A stretch of DNA of 63,440 bases, taken from the NCBI GenBank assembly GCA_964634945.1, contig CAZWMG010000011.1, forward strand, positions 1 through 63,440, read 5' to 3'. How positions within the stretch are numbered: the stretch's first letter is position 1; each line of letters starts with the position of its first letter. The DNA is from an uncultured Planctomycetia bacterium. Lineage in GTDB: Bacteria; Omnitrophota; Gorgyraeia; JABMRG01. Below are positions 1 to 9,868 of this stretch, in pieces. Position numbers and translations under genes: made by a program. The notes below the pieces were generated by a model. The model was not told where the DNA came from and searched no databases. It saw only the letters and a list, made by a program, of their open reading frames with translations.

Positions 1-17
1 AATTGCAATAAAACTTT

Positions 18-1238
18 CTATTCAAACCTCTTCTTAATAGAATCGATATGCTTATTCAAGCCTTCCAAGTTTGCTATCCTCTCTATGTCTTCCTTAACAG
101 ATTCGAGCGCTCTTTTTGAATAAGAGACAACATGGATGCCTTTTAGAAAATCCCAGATACTCAAGCCTGAAAAGAATCTGGCACTGCCTCCTGTTGGCAA
201 TACATGGCTTGGCCCAGCGATATAATCACTAAGCGCTGTCGGCGTATACTCACCCAGCAATATGCATCCGGCATTTTGTATCATCTTTGAAAGCTTCTTA
301 GGATCCTTTACCATAAGTTGTAAATGTTCCGGCGCGATTTTGTTCGCTATCTCCGCTGCCTCTTTCAGGCTCTTTACAAGGATCAAATACCCCTTAAATG
401 GCTGCTGCTGCATAAATTTAGCCAGTCTTTTAGATTTTGTTATTAATATTGACAGCCCCATAAGATGCTCGCACTGTGCTGCCATATCAGCCGCGACAAA
501 TTCACAGTTTACGCTGTCATCCGCGACAATTACAACTTCACTAGGGCCTGCTACCATATCTATGCCCACATAACCAAATACTTGTCTTTTTGCTTCTGAT
601 ACATATTGATTACCCGGGCCTACGATCTTGTCAACCCTTGGTATGCTCTTTGTACCAAACGCTAACGCGGCTATCGCCTGTGCGCCACCGACTTTATATA
701 TCTCTGTTATGCCAAGGAGATTCGCCATAACAAGTATGTAAGGATGAACGCTTCCATATTCATTAGGAGGAGTTACTATGACAATCCGTTTTACTCCGGC
801 AATCTTAGCAGGAAGGACCGTCATATAGACAGTTGAGGCAAGTGGCGCGGTACCGGCCGGGATGTATATCCCAACAGATTCTAGAGGCGTAATCCTTTCA
901 CCCAACATTATGCCTTCCTTATCTTTAATTTTCCAGGATTTCTTAAGTTGTTTCTTATAAAACTGGCTTACATTCTCGATCGCGACCTTAAAACTGCTAA
1001 CGAGGTTTGGATCCATATCCTGGTATGCTCCATTAACCTCTCCTGTGTTTACTTTAAGCTGGCGAGGCTTGATCTTGATATTATCAAACTGTTTTGTGTA
1101 TCTGACCAGGGCTTCATCGCCATGAGCTTGTACACCCTCAATGATATTTGAGACCTTATCACGCACACTCTTTTTTAGATCAATACCGCGATTGTATAAC
1201 TTTATAAGCTCTTTGCTATTTGGTTTTATGCTCTTCAT
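18..1238 (-). CDS. hisD: histidinol dehydrogenase
   Basis: 406-aa ORF. Family motifs GPGNQYV, AAQCEH and APEHL are seen in the translation. The start overlaps the alaS stop. Confidence 0.93.
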   Translation of the reverse strand: MKSIKPNSKELIKLYNRGIDLKKSVRDKVSNIIEGVQAHGDEALVRYTKQFDNIKIKPRQLKVNTGEVNGAYQDMDPNLVSSFKVAIENVSQFYKKQLKKSWKIKDKEGIMLGERITPLESVGIYIPAGTAPLASTVYMTVLPAKIAGVKRIVIVTPPNEYGSVHPYILVMANLLGITEIYKVGGAQAIAALAFGTKSIPRVDKIVGPGNQYVSEAKRQVFGYVGIDMVAGPSEVVIVADDSVNCEFVAADMAAQCEHLMGLSILITKSKRLAKFMQQQPFKGYLILVKSLKEAAEIANKIAPEHLQLMVKDPKKLSKMIQNAGCILLGEYTPTALSDYIAGPSHVLPTGGSARFFSGLSIWDFLKGIHVVSYSKRALESVKEDIERIANLEGLNKHIDSIKKRFE

Positions 1239-3850
1239 CCTAACTCCTTAACTAAAATTTTCTCAGCTATTTTCAAGACTTCTCCCATATCGTGCAGCTC
1301 TTTTATTCCGCCTTGTGCCATATTCGATCTGCCGCCTGCTTTACCATCAAAAGGCTTAAGGATCTCTGATAGTATTATTGACGCGTCAAGGCCTCTCTTG
1401 CTCAAGCTATCACTAAGCGAAAGGATCGTGCTTGCCTTGGACTGCTGTGAACTTACTAAAAATAAGAGGTATCCTTGTTTAAACTTGTTTTTTATTATAT
1501 CAGAGAGGCGTTTAAGTACGCCCATATTCTGATTATCAATACATTTTATTATAAGCCTTACATTATCTATATTTCGGCTATCTTCGATTATCTTATCTAC
1601 TGACCCCTCTAACTCCTTTAATCGTTTTTTCTCAAGAAGTTTTTCTTGTCTTTTCTCTTCCAAGATACGCTCTTTATCTTGTTCTTTTTTTCTATGCTCG
1701 GCCTCCCATTCTCTGGCCTTACCTGCTGTGCAGGCTTCTATTCTTCTGATGCCGGAGGCCACAGAACCTTCATGCGCGATTTTGAAAAGCTCTATATCCA
1801 AAGTATTCTCAAGATGTGTGCCGCCGCAGAGTTCCCTGCTATCTATACCGGCATGAACAACCCTTACTTTCTGATTATATTTATCGCCAAAAAACGCGAG
1901 CGCTCCGGAAGACTTTGCGTCCTGAAGCGATGCCTCTTCTACCTTTACGCTATGGTTGCCTTCTATGTCTTTGTTTACGATCTCTTCAACCCTATCTAAC
2001 TCATCGCCTGTTAAAGCCTTTGAATGCGTAAAATCAAATCGCAGCCTATCTGCCGTAACAAGTGAGCCTTGTTGCTTAACATGCTCACCCAACACCATCC
2101 TTAATGCCTTTTGCAAGAGATGTGTGGCTGTATGATTCCTTGCTATAGCTAGGCGATGATCTTTGTCTATCTCTGCCTTAACCTTATCACCTACCCTTAT
2201 ATCACCCTTCTCTATCTTACCTATCAAGACAATAGCATCCTGGACCTTGCCTGCCTTATTAATAATAACCTCCGCGCCGGGCTTGCTTATCTTTCCCTTA
2301 TCGCCTACCTGCCCACCAGACTCACCATAAAAAACAGATCTATCCAGAATGATCTCTACGAGGCCCGTAGATATGTTTGCGTTTTTTATGGATTTTCCAT
2401 TCCTATCCATCATCTCTATAACATTAGCCGATGACTCAAATTTATCATAACCAATAAATTCTGTCTTTGCCTTTATCAGGCCTGTCGCGAATATCTCTCC
2501 TTGCATCTTACTGGATTTTCTGGATGCCTCGCGCTGTTTTTGCATAAGGCTATTAAAACCGGCTTCATCAACTTCATAGCCCCGCGCAGCAGCTGTATCT
2601 TTAATAACCTCTAATGGTATCCCATGCGTATCATAGAGCTCAAAAGCTACGTTACCTGGCATACTTTTGACACCACCATCACTTAACATATTTAAAGCCT
2701 CTTCAACCATAGAGATGCCATTTTCCAGGGTCTTTAAGAATCTCTCCTCTTCGGTCTTTACCACTGCCGCTATATCATTATGCTCCTTCATAATTTCAGG
2801 ATACGGCTCCTTCATAGAGCGAGCTACAGTGTAAACCAACTTATATAAAAACGCTTTTTCTACGCCTATTCTCTTAGCGCACATCATCGCCCTGCGAATA
2901 AGGCTCCTTATGACATAACCTCGTTCCTCGTTTGAAGGAGCAACTCCATCAGCTATGGCAAATGTAATTGCGCGAATATGGTCAGCTATCTTGTATATGT
3001 CGGACTTATAATGCTCTTTCGCGGGCTTGGAACTATCTCCCAATTCGAACGATTTGCCATCTATTCCAGCCTCTAATATTATAGCCTTAATAATACCGGA
3101 GAATATATCTGTCTCAAAATTATTCTTTACTCCCTGCATAACGGCAGATAGGCGCTCTATGCCCATACCTGTATCTATATTCTTATTTGGTAAGGGGATC
3201 AAGTCGCCGCCATCTTTTCTTTCATATTGCGTAAAAACAAGATTCCAAACCTCTACAAATCTCCCACAGCTACATGCGGGAGAGCATTTCTCATCACCGC
3301 AACCGGTCTCTTTTCCGTAATCATAAAATATCTCAGAACATGGCCCACACGGCCCGTTAGGGCCTTTGTCTTTTGCCTCTGAGGGCCAAAAGTTATCTTT
3401 TTGCCCAAGTCTTACTATCCTCTTCTCAGGTATGCGTATCTCATCCTTCCATATATTGTAGGCCTCGTCATCCTCTTCATAGACAGATGCCCATAGCCTT
3501 TCTTCGGGGATATTAAGCGCGTCTTTTAAAAACTCCCATGCCCATGCTATCGCCTCGTCTTTGAAGTAATCACCAAAAGAAAAGTTTCCAAGCATTTCAA
3601 AAAATGTGTGGTGATATGCGGTCTTTCCTACATTATCCAGATCGCCTGTTCGCATACACTTCTGGCAGGTTACCGCGCGAGTAAAATCTTTTACATGCCC
3701 CATGAACTCATTCTTGAATTGAGCCATTCCCGCGCTTGTAAAAAGCAATGACTTGTCCCCTGCTGGTACAAGTGAATCACTTGGGACCAATGTATGCCCC
3801 TTCGATTTAAAAAAGTCTAAATATTTATTACGAATCTCTACATGCTTCAT
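1235..3850 (-). CDS. alaS: alanine--tRNA ligase
   Basis: 871-aa ORF with FTSAGM, HHTFFEMLGNFSFGDYFK and WNLVFTQY class II motifs. The editing-domain HxxxH (HTATHLL) and a C-terminal DHHA1-like tail are present. Confidence 0.96.
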   Translation of the reverse strand: MKHVEIRNKYLDFFKSKGHTLVPSDSLVPAGDKSLLFTSAGMAQFKNEFMGHVKDFTRAVTCQKCMRTGDLDNVGKTAYHHTFFEMLGNFSFGDYFKDEAIAWAWEFLKDALNIPEERLWASVYEEDDEAYNIWKDEIRIPEKRIVRLGQKDNFWPSEAKDKGPNGPCGPCSEIFYDYGKETGCGDEKCSPACSCGRFVEVWNLVFTQYERKDGGDLIPLPNKNIDTGMGIERLSAVMQGVKNNFETDIFSGIIKAIILEAGIDGKSFELGDSSKPAKEHYKSDIYKIADHIRAITFAIADGVAPSNEERGYVIRSLIRRAMMCAKRIGVEKAFLYKLVYTVARSMKEPYPEIMKEHNDIAAVVKTEEERFLKTLENGISMVEEALNMLSDGGVKSMPGNVAFELYDTHGIPLEVIKDTAAARGYEVDEAGFNSLMQKQREASRKSSKMQGEIFATGLIKAKTEFIGYDKFESSANVIEMMDRNGKSIKNANISTGLVEIILDRSVFYGESGGQVGDKGKISKPGAEVIINKAGKVQDAIVLIGKIEKGDIRVGDKVKAEIDKDHRLAIARNHTATHLLQKALRMVLGEHVKQQGSLVTADRLRFDFTHSKALTGDELDRVEEIVNKDIEGNHSVKVEEASLQDAKSSGALAFFGDKYNQKVRVVHAGIDSRELCGGTHLENTLDIELFKIAHEGSVASGIRRIEACTAGKAREWEAEHRKKEQDKERILEEKRQEKLLEKKRLKELEGSVDKIIEDSRNIDNVRLIIKCIDNQNMGVLKRLSDIIKNKFKQGYLLFLVSSQQSKASTILSLSDSLSKRGLDASIILSEILKPFDGKAGGRSNMAQGGIKELHDMGEVLKIAEKILVKELG

Positions 3851-4311
3851 ATTGTATCACTCAGTATTTTAAGGATTACCTCAGACGAGAACCCTCTTCT
3901 TTTAAGAAAACTATAAAGCCTCTGCTTAGCCTTCTGCTGATCTAGACCCGCAACAATAGATATCCTCTGCTTAACAATGGCCCTCACCATCTTTTCTTCA
4001 TCAAAATCAAGCGCAACCTCACCTAGCTGTTTTTCCGCTATATCCTCATCAATGCCTCTTGCCAGTAATTCATATTTAATCACTGAAAGGCTTCGCGGAT
4101 TATATTCTAGGCGTCTCCTTATCCAATCTGATGCGAACTTTTTGTCATCTACCAGGCCCTCATGCATTAGATCATTAACAACTCTGCTTGTTATCTTCTT
4201 GCTATAACCTTTGCCTGATATTTTCCTTTTTAGTTCTTTTTCAGAACGTGGACCAAAACCTAATAAACGGTACGCGTAATTCTTTGCCTTATCATAGAGA
4301 TCGCCTGTCAT
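3847..4311 (-). CDS. recX: RecA regulator RecX
   Basis: 154-aa helical-repeat ORF. It sits in the conserved recA...recX-alaS neighbourhood, overlaps the alaS start by 4 nt, and has RecX-typical size and charge pattern. Confidence 0.8.
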   Translation of the reverse strand: MTGDLYDKAKNYAYRLLGFGPRSEKELKRKISGKGYSKKITSRVVNDLMHEGLVDDKKFASDWIRRRLEYNPRSLSVIKYELLARGIDEDIAEKQLGEVALDFDEEKMVRAIVKQRISIVAGLDQQKAKQRLYSFLKRRGFSSEVILKILSDTI

Positions 4312-5819
4312 TGATCTTGCTTTGGAGCCTTTATGACTGAGTAACCTCTTCCGGTCTTTACAAGAACATCACCACTGACATTGGATGTTATGGTTCTATA
4401 ATCATCCATATTATTAACGATCTTGCTATCTATCTTGACTATGATATCGCCTGTGCTTATACCCGCTTCATCCGCAACAGAATCGATCTCTACATTGCTT
4501 ACAATAAGGCCGTTCTTATCATCTATGCGGTATCTTCTAGCAATATCGGGAGTAATCTGCATCACCTCTAACCCTCGCCATAATTCTGCCTTCTCATCCT
4601 CATCCTCTTCACCCGCGATCCCGGATGGCCTGTTTCCTATCTTTATTGTAACAGGCATATCCTCTCCATCCCTGATTATGCCTACAACAACACTCTTGCC
4701 TACGATAGCCTGGCCAACTATATCAAGGAGCGCTTTTAGATCTTTTATCCTCGCCCCATCCAATCTGCGTATCACATCCCCTTCTCTTAACCCACCTTTT
4801 TCAGCAGGGCTATCAGGGAGCACCTTGACAACAATCACGCCTTCTTCATCAGAGAAACCAAAATAATCAGCTAAGGCACTGTCTATATCCTGCACACTTA
4901 CCCCAAGCCAACCATAGAGCACTTTCTTTCCTTCAATCAGCGTCTTTAATATCTCCTTTGCGGCATTGATAGGTATAGCAAACCCGATCCCCTGATAACC
5001 GCCTGATGTTGAGAAGATAGCGACATTAACACCGATTACTTCACCGTTTATATCAACCAGAGGGCCGCCACTATTACCCGGGTTTATAGCCGCGTCTGTC
5101 TGAATAAGCCCCGAGTAATCTCTTCCCCTGCCAATGGCTGCTGGAAGCGACCTGTCTAGCGCGCTAACAACACCTACCGTTACTGTTGGTTTTGCGCTTG
5201 CTATAGCGTAACCAAATGGATTTCCAATCGCCATAGCCCACTGTCCTATCCGCGCCTTATCTGAATCACCAAGTTTTGCCACAGGAAGATTGCTTGATTT
5301 TATCTTAATAATCGCTAAGTCACTTCTCTCGTCTTTACCGCGTAACTCTCCCTCAAACTCCCTGCCATCTGTTAAAGTAACTGTAATCTTGTCAGCGTTG
5401 CGTATAACATGCTCATTTGTAAGTATATAGCCTGATTGATCGATTATAACTCCGGAGCCTAAACCTCGTTGCCTAAATTCACGTTCAGGTATATCGCCGA
5501 AAAAATCATTAAAAAATCTATCAAAAAAATTATCGCTGCCATATGGGTTGCTATACAAACCGCCTCTCATCTTTGTGATATGCTCTGTACTGATAGATAC
5601 GACCGCAAGGCCTACCTCTTGAGCGACCCTTATAAACGCGTTCTCATCCGATACATACGCCTGAGCACTTTTATCGGGTATTGATATGCTCGAAGCGCGC
5701 TCAACCACCTTTACTTCTTTAGTAGAAGATGGCGCCAAGCTGACTCTTGCTATCAATGCGACAATTATTAAGAGCCCGAATGCTAATACGGACAAAAAAA
5801 TAGCCTTTTTTGTGTTCAT
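4308..5819 (-). CDS. htrA: HtrA/DegP-family periplasmic serine protease with two PDZ domains
   Basis: N-terminal signal/anchor. Catalytic triad contexts TNEHV, DLAIIK and GNSGGPL are present. Two PDZ-like segments follow at the C-terminus. Confidence 0.9.
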   Translation of the reverse strand: MNTKKAIFLSVLAFGLLIIVALIARVSLAPSSTKEVKVVERASSISIPDKSAQAYVSDENAFIRVAQEVGLAVVSISTEHITKMRGGLYSNPYGSDNFFDRFFNDFFGDIPEREFRQRGLGSGVIIDQSGYILTNEHVIRNADKITVTLTDGREFEGELRGKDERSDLAIIKIKSSNLPVAKLGDSDKARIGQWAMAIGNPFGYAIASAKPTVTVGVVSALDRSLPAAIGRGRDYSGLIQTDAAINPGNSGGPLVDINGEVIGVNVAIFSTSGGYQGIGFAIPINAAKEILKTLIEGKKVLYGWLGVSVQDIDSALADYFGFSDEEGVIVVKVLPDSPAEKGGLREGDVIRRLDGARIKDLKALLDIVGQAIVGKSVVVGIIRDGEDMPVTIKIGNRPSGIAGEEDEDEKAELWRGLEVMQITPDIARRYRIDDKNGLIVSNVEIDSVADEAGISTGDIIVKIDSKIVNNMDDYRTITSNVSGDVLVKTGRGYSVIKAPKQDQ

Positions 5820-5891
5820 ATCTGTACCCTTATCTCTGTTTACGATCTTTAGTTACACCAAAGAGTCATTCGTGCCAAATATTCAGTTGCA

Positions 5892-6935
5892 CTATGCGAT
5901 ATACTCTTTAACCTTCTTTTCAATCTCCGCAGTAATCTTTGGATTCTCTTTTAGGAAGGTACGGGCGCTCTCTCTGCCCTGGCCTATCTTCATCTCGCCA
6001 TAAGAAAACCACGCCCCTTGTTTTTTAAGTATATCGTAAGTAATCGCTACGTCTAACAAGCTGCCTTCACGTGATATGCCCTCAGAATAAATAATATCAA
6101 ACTCCGCGCTTCTAAAGGGCGGGGCAACCTTATTTTTGACAACCTTTGCCTTTACGTGACTGCCAACTACAACATCGCCTGATTTCAGATAATCCTTTCT
6201 ACGGATATCAAGACGTACGGATGAGTAAAACTTGAGCGCTCTACCACCCGGGGTCGTCTCAGGGTTGCCAAACATGATACCGATCTTCATGCGTATCTGG
6301 TTTATAAATATAACGCAAGTCTTTGATTTATTTATTGCCCCTGAAAGCTTGCGCAATGCCTGACTCATAAGGCGCGCTTGTAGGCCCATCTGTGGCTGAC
6401 CCATAGCGCCTTCAATCTCAGCACGAGGAACAAGCGCCGCAACTGAATCTACAACTATAACATCAACGGCGTTGGAACGCACGAGCGTCTCAACGATTTC
6501 GAGAGCCTGCTCACCATCATCAGGCTGTGATATCAAAAGGTCATCTAAATTGACGCCTAATTTTCCGGCATAGGTTGAATCAAAGGCATTTTCAGCATCT
6601 ATAAAAGCCGCGATACCGCCTTTTTTTTGAGCCTGGGCAACAACACTAAGTGTCAACGTAGTCTTTCCGCTGGACTCCGGACCAAATATCTCAATGACCC
6701 TCCCTCTTGGTAAGCCACCTACTCCCAAGGCTAAATCCAAAGAGATCGCACCGGTAGAAATAGCGGGAACGGAACTTTTCATACTCTTATCGAGCTTCAT
6801 GATAGAGCCTTTGCCAAATTGCTTCTCGATCTGGGACATTGCCAGTTCAAGCGCCTTTGCGCGTCCTTGCTGAGATTTATCAGAATCCTCGAAAGACATA
6901 GTTTGTGGTGTTTTCTGCTTAATAGCTTTTACCAT
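5892..6935 (-). CDS. recA: recombinase RecA
   Basis: Walker [10 protein letters not shown] and the RecA core are present. I moved the start to ATG 6935 (MVKAIK...) because AAGGAGG lies 7 nt upstream. The ORF-track start at 7046 would read through the promoter and the REP palindrome. Confidence 0.95.
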   Translation of the reverse strand: MVKAIKQKTPQTMSFEDSDKSQQGRAKALELAMSQIEKQFGKGSIMKLDKSMKSSVPAISTGAISLDLALGVGGLPRGRVIEIFGPESSGKTTLTLSVVAQAQKKGGIAAFIDAENAFDSTYAGKLGVNLDDLLISQPDDGEQALEIVETLVRSNAVDVIVVDSVAALVPRAEIEGAMGQPQMGLQARLMSQALRKLSGAINKSKTCVIFINQIRMKIGIMFGNPETTPGGRALKFYSSVRLDIRRKDYLKSGDVVVGSHVKAKVVKNKVAPPFRSAEFDIIYSEGISREGSLLDVAITYDILKKQGAWFSYGEMKIGQGRESARTFLKENPKITAEIEKKVKEYIA

Positions 6936-6977
6936 TGTAGCCTCCTTATATAGTTTATATGTTAATATTAGTATTAA

Positions 6978-7006
6978 ATTATACCCTTTAGGGGCTCTAA
7001 TGTAAA
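6978..7006 (-). promoter_or_regulatory. sigma70-type promoter of recA
   Basis: On the minus strand: TTTACA (7006-7001), a 17-bp spacer, then TATAAT (6983-6978), about 40 nt upstream of the recA ATG. Confidence 0.6.
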
Positions 7007-7042
7007 GTGAAAACTCACCTCCTTTCTTTCTTATTTTCTTCT

Positions 7043-7092
7043 TCAAGACCGGTTCTTGAGCACGGGTACTTGTGCTTGAGAACCGGTCTTGA
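7043..7092. repeat. REP-like palindrome, copy 1
   Basis: tcaagaccggttcttgagcac-gggtacttg-tgcttgagaaccggtcttga. The stem is 20 bp with two G.T wobbles. It contains the rayT stop codon. Confidence 0.9.
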
Positions 7093-7624
7093 GCATGATC
7101 TCATAGTATATTCGCTTTCTTTCCAACTGATCCGCTCCTAATGTCAAATAAGTTGGATAAAAATCGATAATTCTATCCTTTGTCCTTTTAAACCGCTCAT
7201 AGCAGCTACTCCATTTATATAATTCCGGGCTCTTTGCTAATCCTGCCCTCACTTGATTCATTTCTGTATATGCCATACAATTAATAAAATCAGTATCACT
7301 TTTTATAATCCTACTTCTATATCTAGACTGCCATATATGGCCAACACAATCATAGCGCCTGTTATGCCACATTGTATAGGATAAGTTCAATGAACGCATT
7401 ATCTTGCAGAGGTCACCTATCAACTGTGGCTCTATCAGCAGGTGTAAGTGATTTGGCATTAATGAATAAGAATATAACTTGAATCCATATTTCTTCTTAT
7501 ATTTCAATAAATTGGCCTTATATTTTGCGTAATCACGCCCAACGTGAAACACCCTAACCTTATTATTCCCACGGCAATACACATGATAAACCGCTTCTTC
7601 TGCTAAGGATCTTGACACTCCCAT
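7043..7624 (-). CDS. rayT: REP-associated tyrosine transposase (RAYT; IS200-like HUH/Y1 family)
   Basis: HUH motif in [14 protein letters not shown] and a catalytic Tyr context [12 protein letters not shown]. Start taken at M46 ([21 protein letters not shown]), which matches the usual short N-terminus before YHV..RGN. The longer ORF to 7759 would translate the upstream palindrome. Confidence 0.8.
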   Translation of the reverse strand: MGVSRSLAEEAVYHVYCRGNNKVRVFHVGRDYAKYKANLLKYKKKYGFKLYSYSLMPNHLHLLIEPQLIGDLCKIMRSLNLSYTMWHNRRYDCVGHIWQSRYRSRIIKSDTDFINCMAYTEMNQVRAGLAKSPELYKWSSCYERFKRTKDRIIDFYPTYLTLGADQLERKRIYYEIMLKTGSQAQVPVLKNRS

Positions 7625-7661
7625 CTTTGCCCCCTTTCTGTATAAAGCTTCTTTAAGTTCT

Positions 7662-7711
7662 TCAAGACCGGTTCTTGAGCACGGGTACTTGTGCTTGAGA
7701 ACCGGTCTTGA
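7662..7711. repeat. REP-like palindrome, copy 2
   Basis: Identical to copy 1 and in the same orientation (same wobble positions). Confidence 0.9.
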
Positions 7712-7786
7712 ATGCTTTAAGTGCGATTGAGTGTAGGCCTGAATTAATTTAGCCCTCATATATATAGACGTATGAAATGGGGGTTT

Positions 7787-7989
7787 TCTTTCAGAAAAGT
7801 GAAATAAAAAGGAAGAGCAAGGAATCTCACTAAGGTGATATTCTAAGACAATCGATTGCTTTCAAGAAAAGTAAAAAACAAGGAACCTTACTGAGACGAT
7901 GTTCTAAGACGACCGGTTTCTTACATAAAAGTAAAGCACAAACAAGGAACCTTACTGAGACGATGTTCTAAGACGACCGGTTTCTTACA
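7787..7989. repeat. intergenic tandem repeat, 3 units with a period of about 64 bp
   Basis: Units 2 and 3 share an identical 50-mer (7876-7925 = 7940-7989). Unit 1 (about 7787-7862) is diverged. Each unit ends in ttctaagac(g)accggtttctta, which resembles a REP arm. Confidence 0.85.
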
Positions 7990-8032
7990 AATATATGGAA
8001 AAAAATCCAATATATGCTATAATTGATTCATA

Positions 8033-9277
8033 ATGAAAGCGGAAATAATAGGCATCGGCACAGAGATACTCTTAGGCGGTATAGTAAATACGAACTCTGC
8101 ATACCTTTCTGCAAAATTAGCAGAGATAGGCATAGATTGTTACTACCATACAACCGTAGGCGACAATCATTTACGCCTTTATGGGGCTATAACGCAGGCT
8201 CTAGGCCGATCTGATATTGTAATAACAACCGGGGGATTGGGCCCTACGATTGATGATATCACTCTCAAGGTAATCGCGGAAGTAGCAAAAAAACCCCTTG
8301 TACAAAAAAAAGATATTGTCAGATTAATACGCGGGCATTTCAAAAAACGCCGCATAAAAATGGCTAGTAACAACCTGCGTCAAGGATACATACCAAAAGG
8401 CGCGTCATGGTTAAAAAATGATGTTGGCACAGCGCCGGGGATAATCATAAATATCAACAAAAAACTCTTAATCTCCCTTCCCGGCCCCCCTCGTGAAATG
8501 CGGCCAATGGTAGAAAGAGATCTACTACGATATCTGAAAAAATCTTCAACAAAAAGATCTGTAATATTATCGCGAACATTGAAAACAACCGGCCTTTCAG
8601 AATCCCGGTTACATACAAAGGTAAAAGAGTTTTTAGGATTATCAGGGGATACAACAGTCGGAATATACGCACACCCTTCACAAGTGGATCTAAAAATTAC
8701 ATCTAAAGCAAAGGATACAAAATCAGCAAAGAGAAAAATATTACTCATTGAAAAAAAGATACGCAAGGATTTGGGCAAATTAATTTTTGCCGCTGATAAA
8801 GAGACTATTGAAAAAAATGTTGCGGATCTTCTCGGCAAGAAGACTATGGCGATAGCGGAATCCTGTACCGGAGGACTAATATCAAGCCGATTGACAGATA
8901 TCGCAGGAGTATCAAAAAATCTATTGCTTACAGTTGTTGCTTATTCCAATAAAGCAAAGATGGGGCTGCTGGATGTCCCTGAAAAAAAAATACTCACTTA
9001 CGGAGCGGTAAGCGCGCAGGTGGCCAGGGCTATGGCAAGGAATATAAGAGAGTTAGCAGGTTCCGACATAAGTATTGCGACAACCGGAATAGCAGGCCCT
9101 TCAGGATCAACTATGGCAAAACCTGTAGGGCTCGTCTATATTGCCTTATCCACCCCCAAACAGACCACTGTTAAAAAATGCTATTTTGTAGGCGAAAGAA
9201 AAACAATAAAATTCCGTTCCAGTCAAGCAGCGCTTGATATGCTGCGCCTGCATCTTCTAAAAAATAGATACCGCTAA
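8033..9277 (+). CDS. cinA: competence/damage-inducible protein CinA (MoCF-type N-domain plus nicotinamide-nucleotide amidase C-domain)
   Basis: 414-aa ORF. The N-terminus MKAEIIGIGTEILLG..NTN and the C-terminal AESCTGG...TGIAGP signature of the CinA/PncC domain are present. Confidence 0.9.
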   Translation: MKAEIIGIGTEILLGGIVNTNSAYLSAKLAEIGIDCYYHTTVGDNHLRLYGAITQALGRSDIVITTGGLGPTIDDITLKVIAEVAKKPLVQKKDIVRLIRGHFKKRRIKMASNNLRQGYIPKGASWLKNDVGTAPGIIININKKLLISLPGPPREMRPMVERDLLRYLKKSSTKRSVILSRTLKTTGLSESRLHTKVKEFLGLSGDTTVGIYAHPSQVDLKITSKAKDTKSAKRKILLIEKKIRKDLGKLIFAADKETIEKNVADLLGKKTMAIAESCTGGLISSRLTDIAGVSKNLLLTVVAYSNKAKMGLLDVPEKKILTYGAVSAQVARAMARNIRELAGSDISIATTGIAGPSGSTMAKPVGLVYIALSTPKQTTVKKCYFVGERKTIKFRSSQAALDMLRLHLLKNRYR

Positions 9278-9307
9278 ACCGAACACCAAGCATCGAAAAC
9301 CTAGATA

Positions 9308-9868
9308 ATGAGAGCCTTTATAGCAATCTCCCTTAATCAGGAGCTAAATACTGAAATACTATTATTGCAGAGGAGATTAGATAGAAACGATCTCGCGATA
9401 AGATGGGTTAACCCCACCAATATACACCTAACCCTGAAATTTCTAGGCAATATTAATAATCAGGAATTAAAGGCTATATTATCATCATTATCAGATGCTG
9501 TGAAGTCGCACCAGGGGTTTTTTCTAAGTCTTTCGGGTATTGGGGTTTTTCCGGACCTATACTGTCCCAGAGCAATGTGGGCAGGGATTGAAAAAGGCAA
9601 AAAGGAGTGTATCTCGCTACAAAAAGATATTGATGGTTCTATTAATAGCGTAAAAAATAAACAAGAGAATCGCATCTTCTATCCTCATCTGACAATCGGT
9701 AGGTTTATTACTAAAGATCACAAGCCGGAGATTGGACAGATCATAGAAAAAGAGAAAAAATTCAGCTCTAAAGAATCAGCCCCTATTAACGCTATCATGC
9801 TCTTTGAATCAATATTGACGCCTAATGGCGCTATACATAAAATCGTGGAAAAATTCCCACTGCGCTAA
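9308..9868 (+). CDS. thpR: RNA 2',3'-cyclic phosphodiesterase (2H family, LigT/ThpR)
   Basis: Two HxT motifs (HLTLKF and HLTIGR) at the canonical spacing. Length is 186 aa. Confidence 0.85.
   Translation: MRAFIAISLNQELNTEILLLQRRLDRNDLAIRWVNPTNIHLTLKFLGNINNQELKAILSSLSDAVKSHQGFFLSLSGIGVFPDLYCPRAMWAGIEKGKKECISLQKDIDGSINSVKNKQENRIFYPHLTIGRFITKDHKPEIGQIIEKEKKFSSKESAPINAIMLFESILTPNGAIHKIVEKFPLR

Larger units (their letters stand above)
7039..7711 (-). mobile_element. REP-rayT-REP cassette (RAYT gene bracketed by two identical 54-bp palindromic elements)
   Basis: Positions 7039-7092 and 7658-7711 are identical 54-mers. Each contains a 20-bp-stem palindrome. They bracket an HUH/Y1 transposase ORF. 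Confidence 0.75.

Noticed and set aside
6936-7042. LexA/SOS box upstream of recA
   Set aside because: I found no CTGT-N8-ACAG or GAAC-N4-GTTC type palindrome between the -35 box and the ATG. The only palindromes nearby are the REP copy and a weak CCCTTTAGGGG.
6936-7046. N-terminal extension of the recA ORF ([15 protein letters not shown]...) and the extension of the RAYT ORF to 7759
   Set aside because: The recA extension would be translated from the recA promoter region and REP copy 1, and a strong SD precedes the internal ATG at 6935. The RAYT extension translates REP copy 2 ([18 protein letters not shown]). The internal Met gives the family-typical N-terminus.
7787-7989. CRISPR array or guide-RNA array interpretation of the 64-bp tandem repeat
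   Set aside because: There are only three units. The variable parts are short and A-rich rather than unique spacers. No cas or other effector gene is in the window apart from the RAYT.
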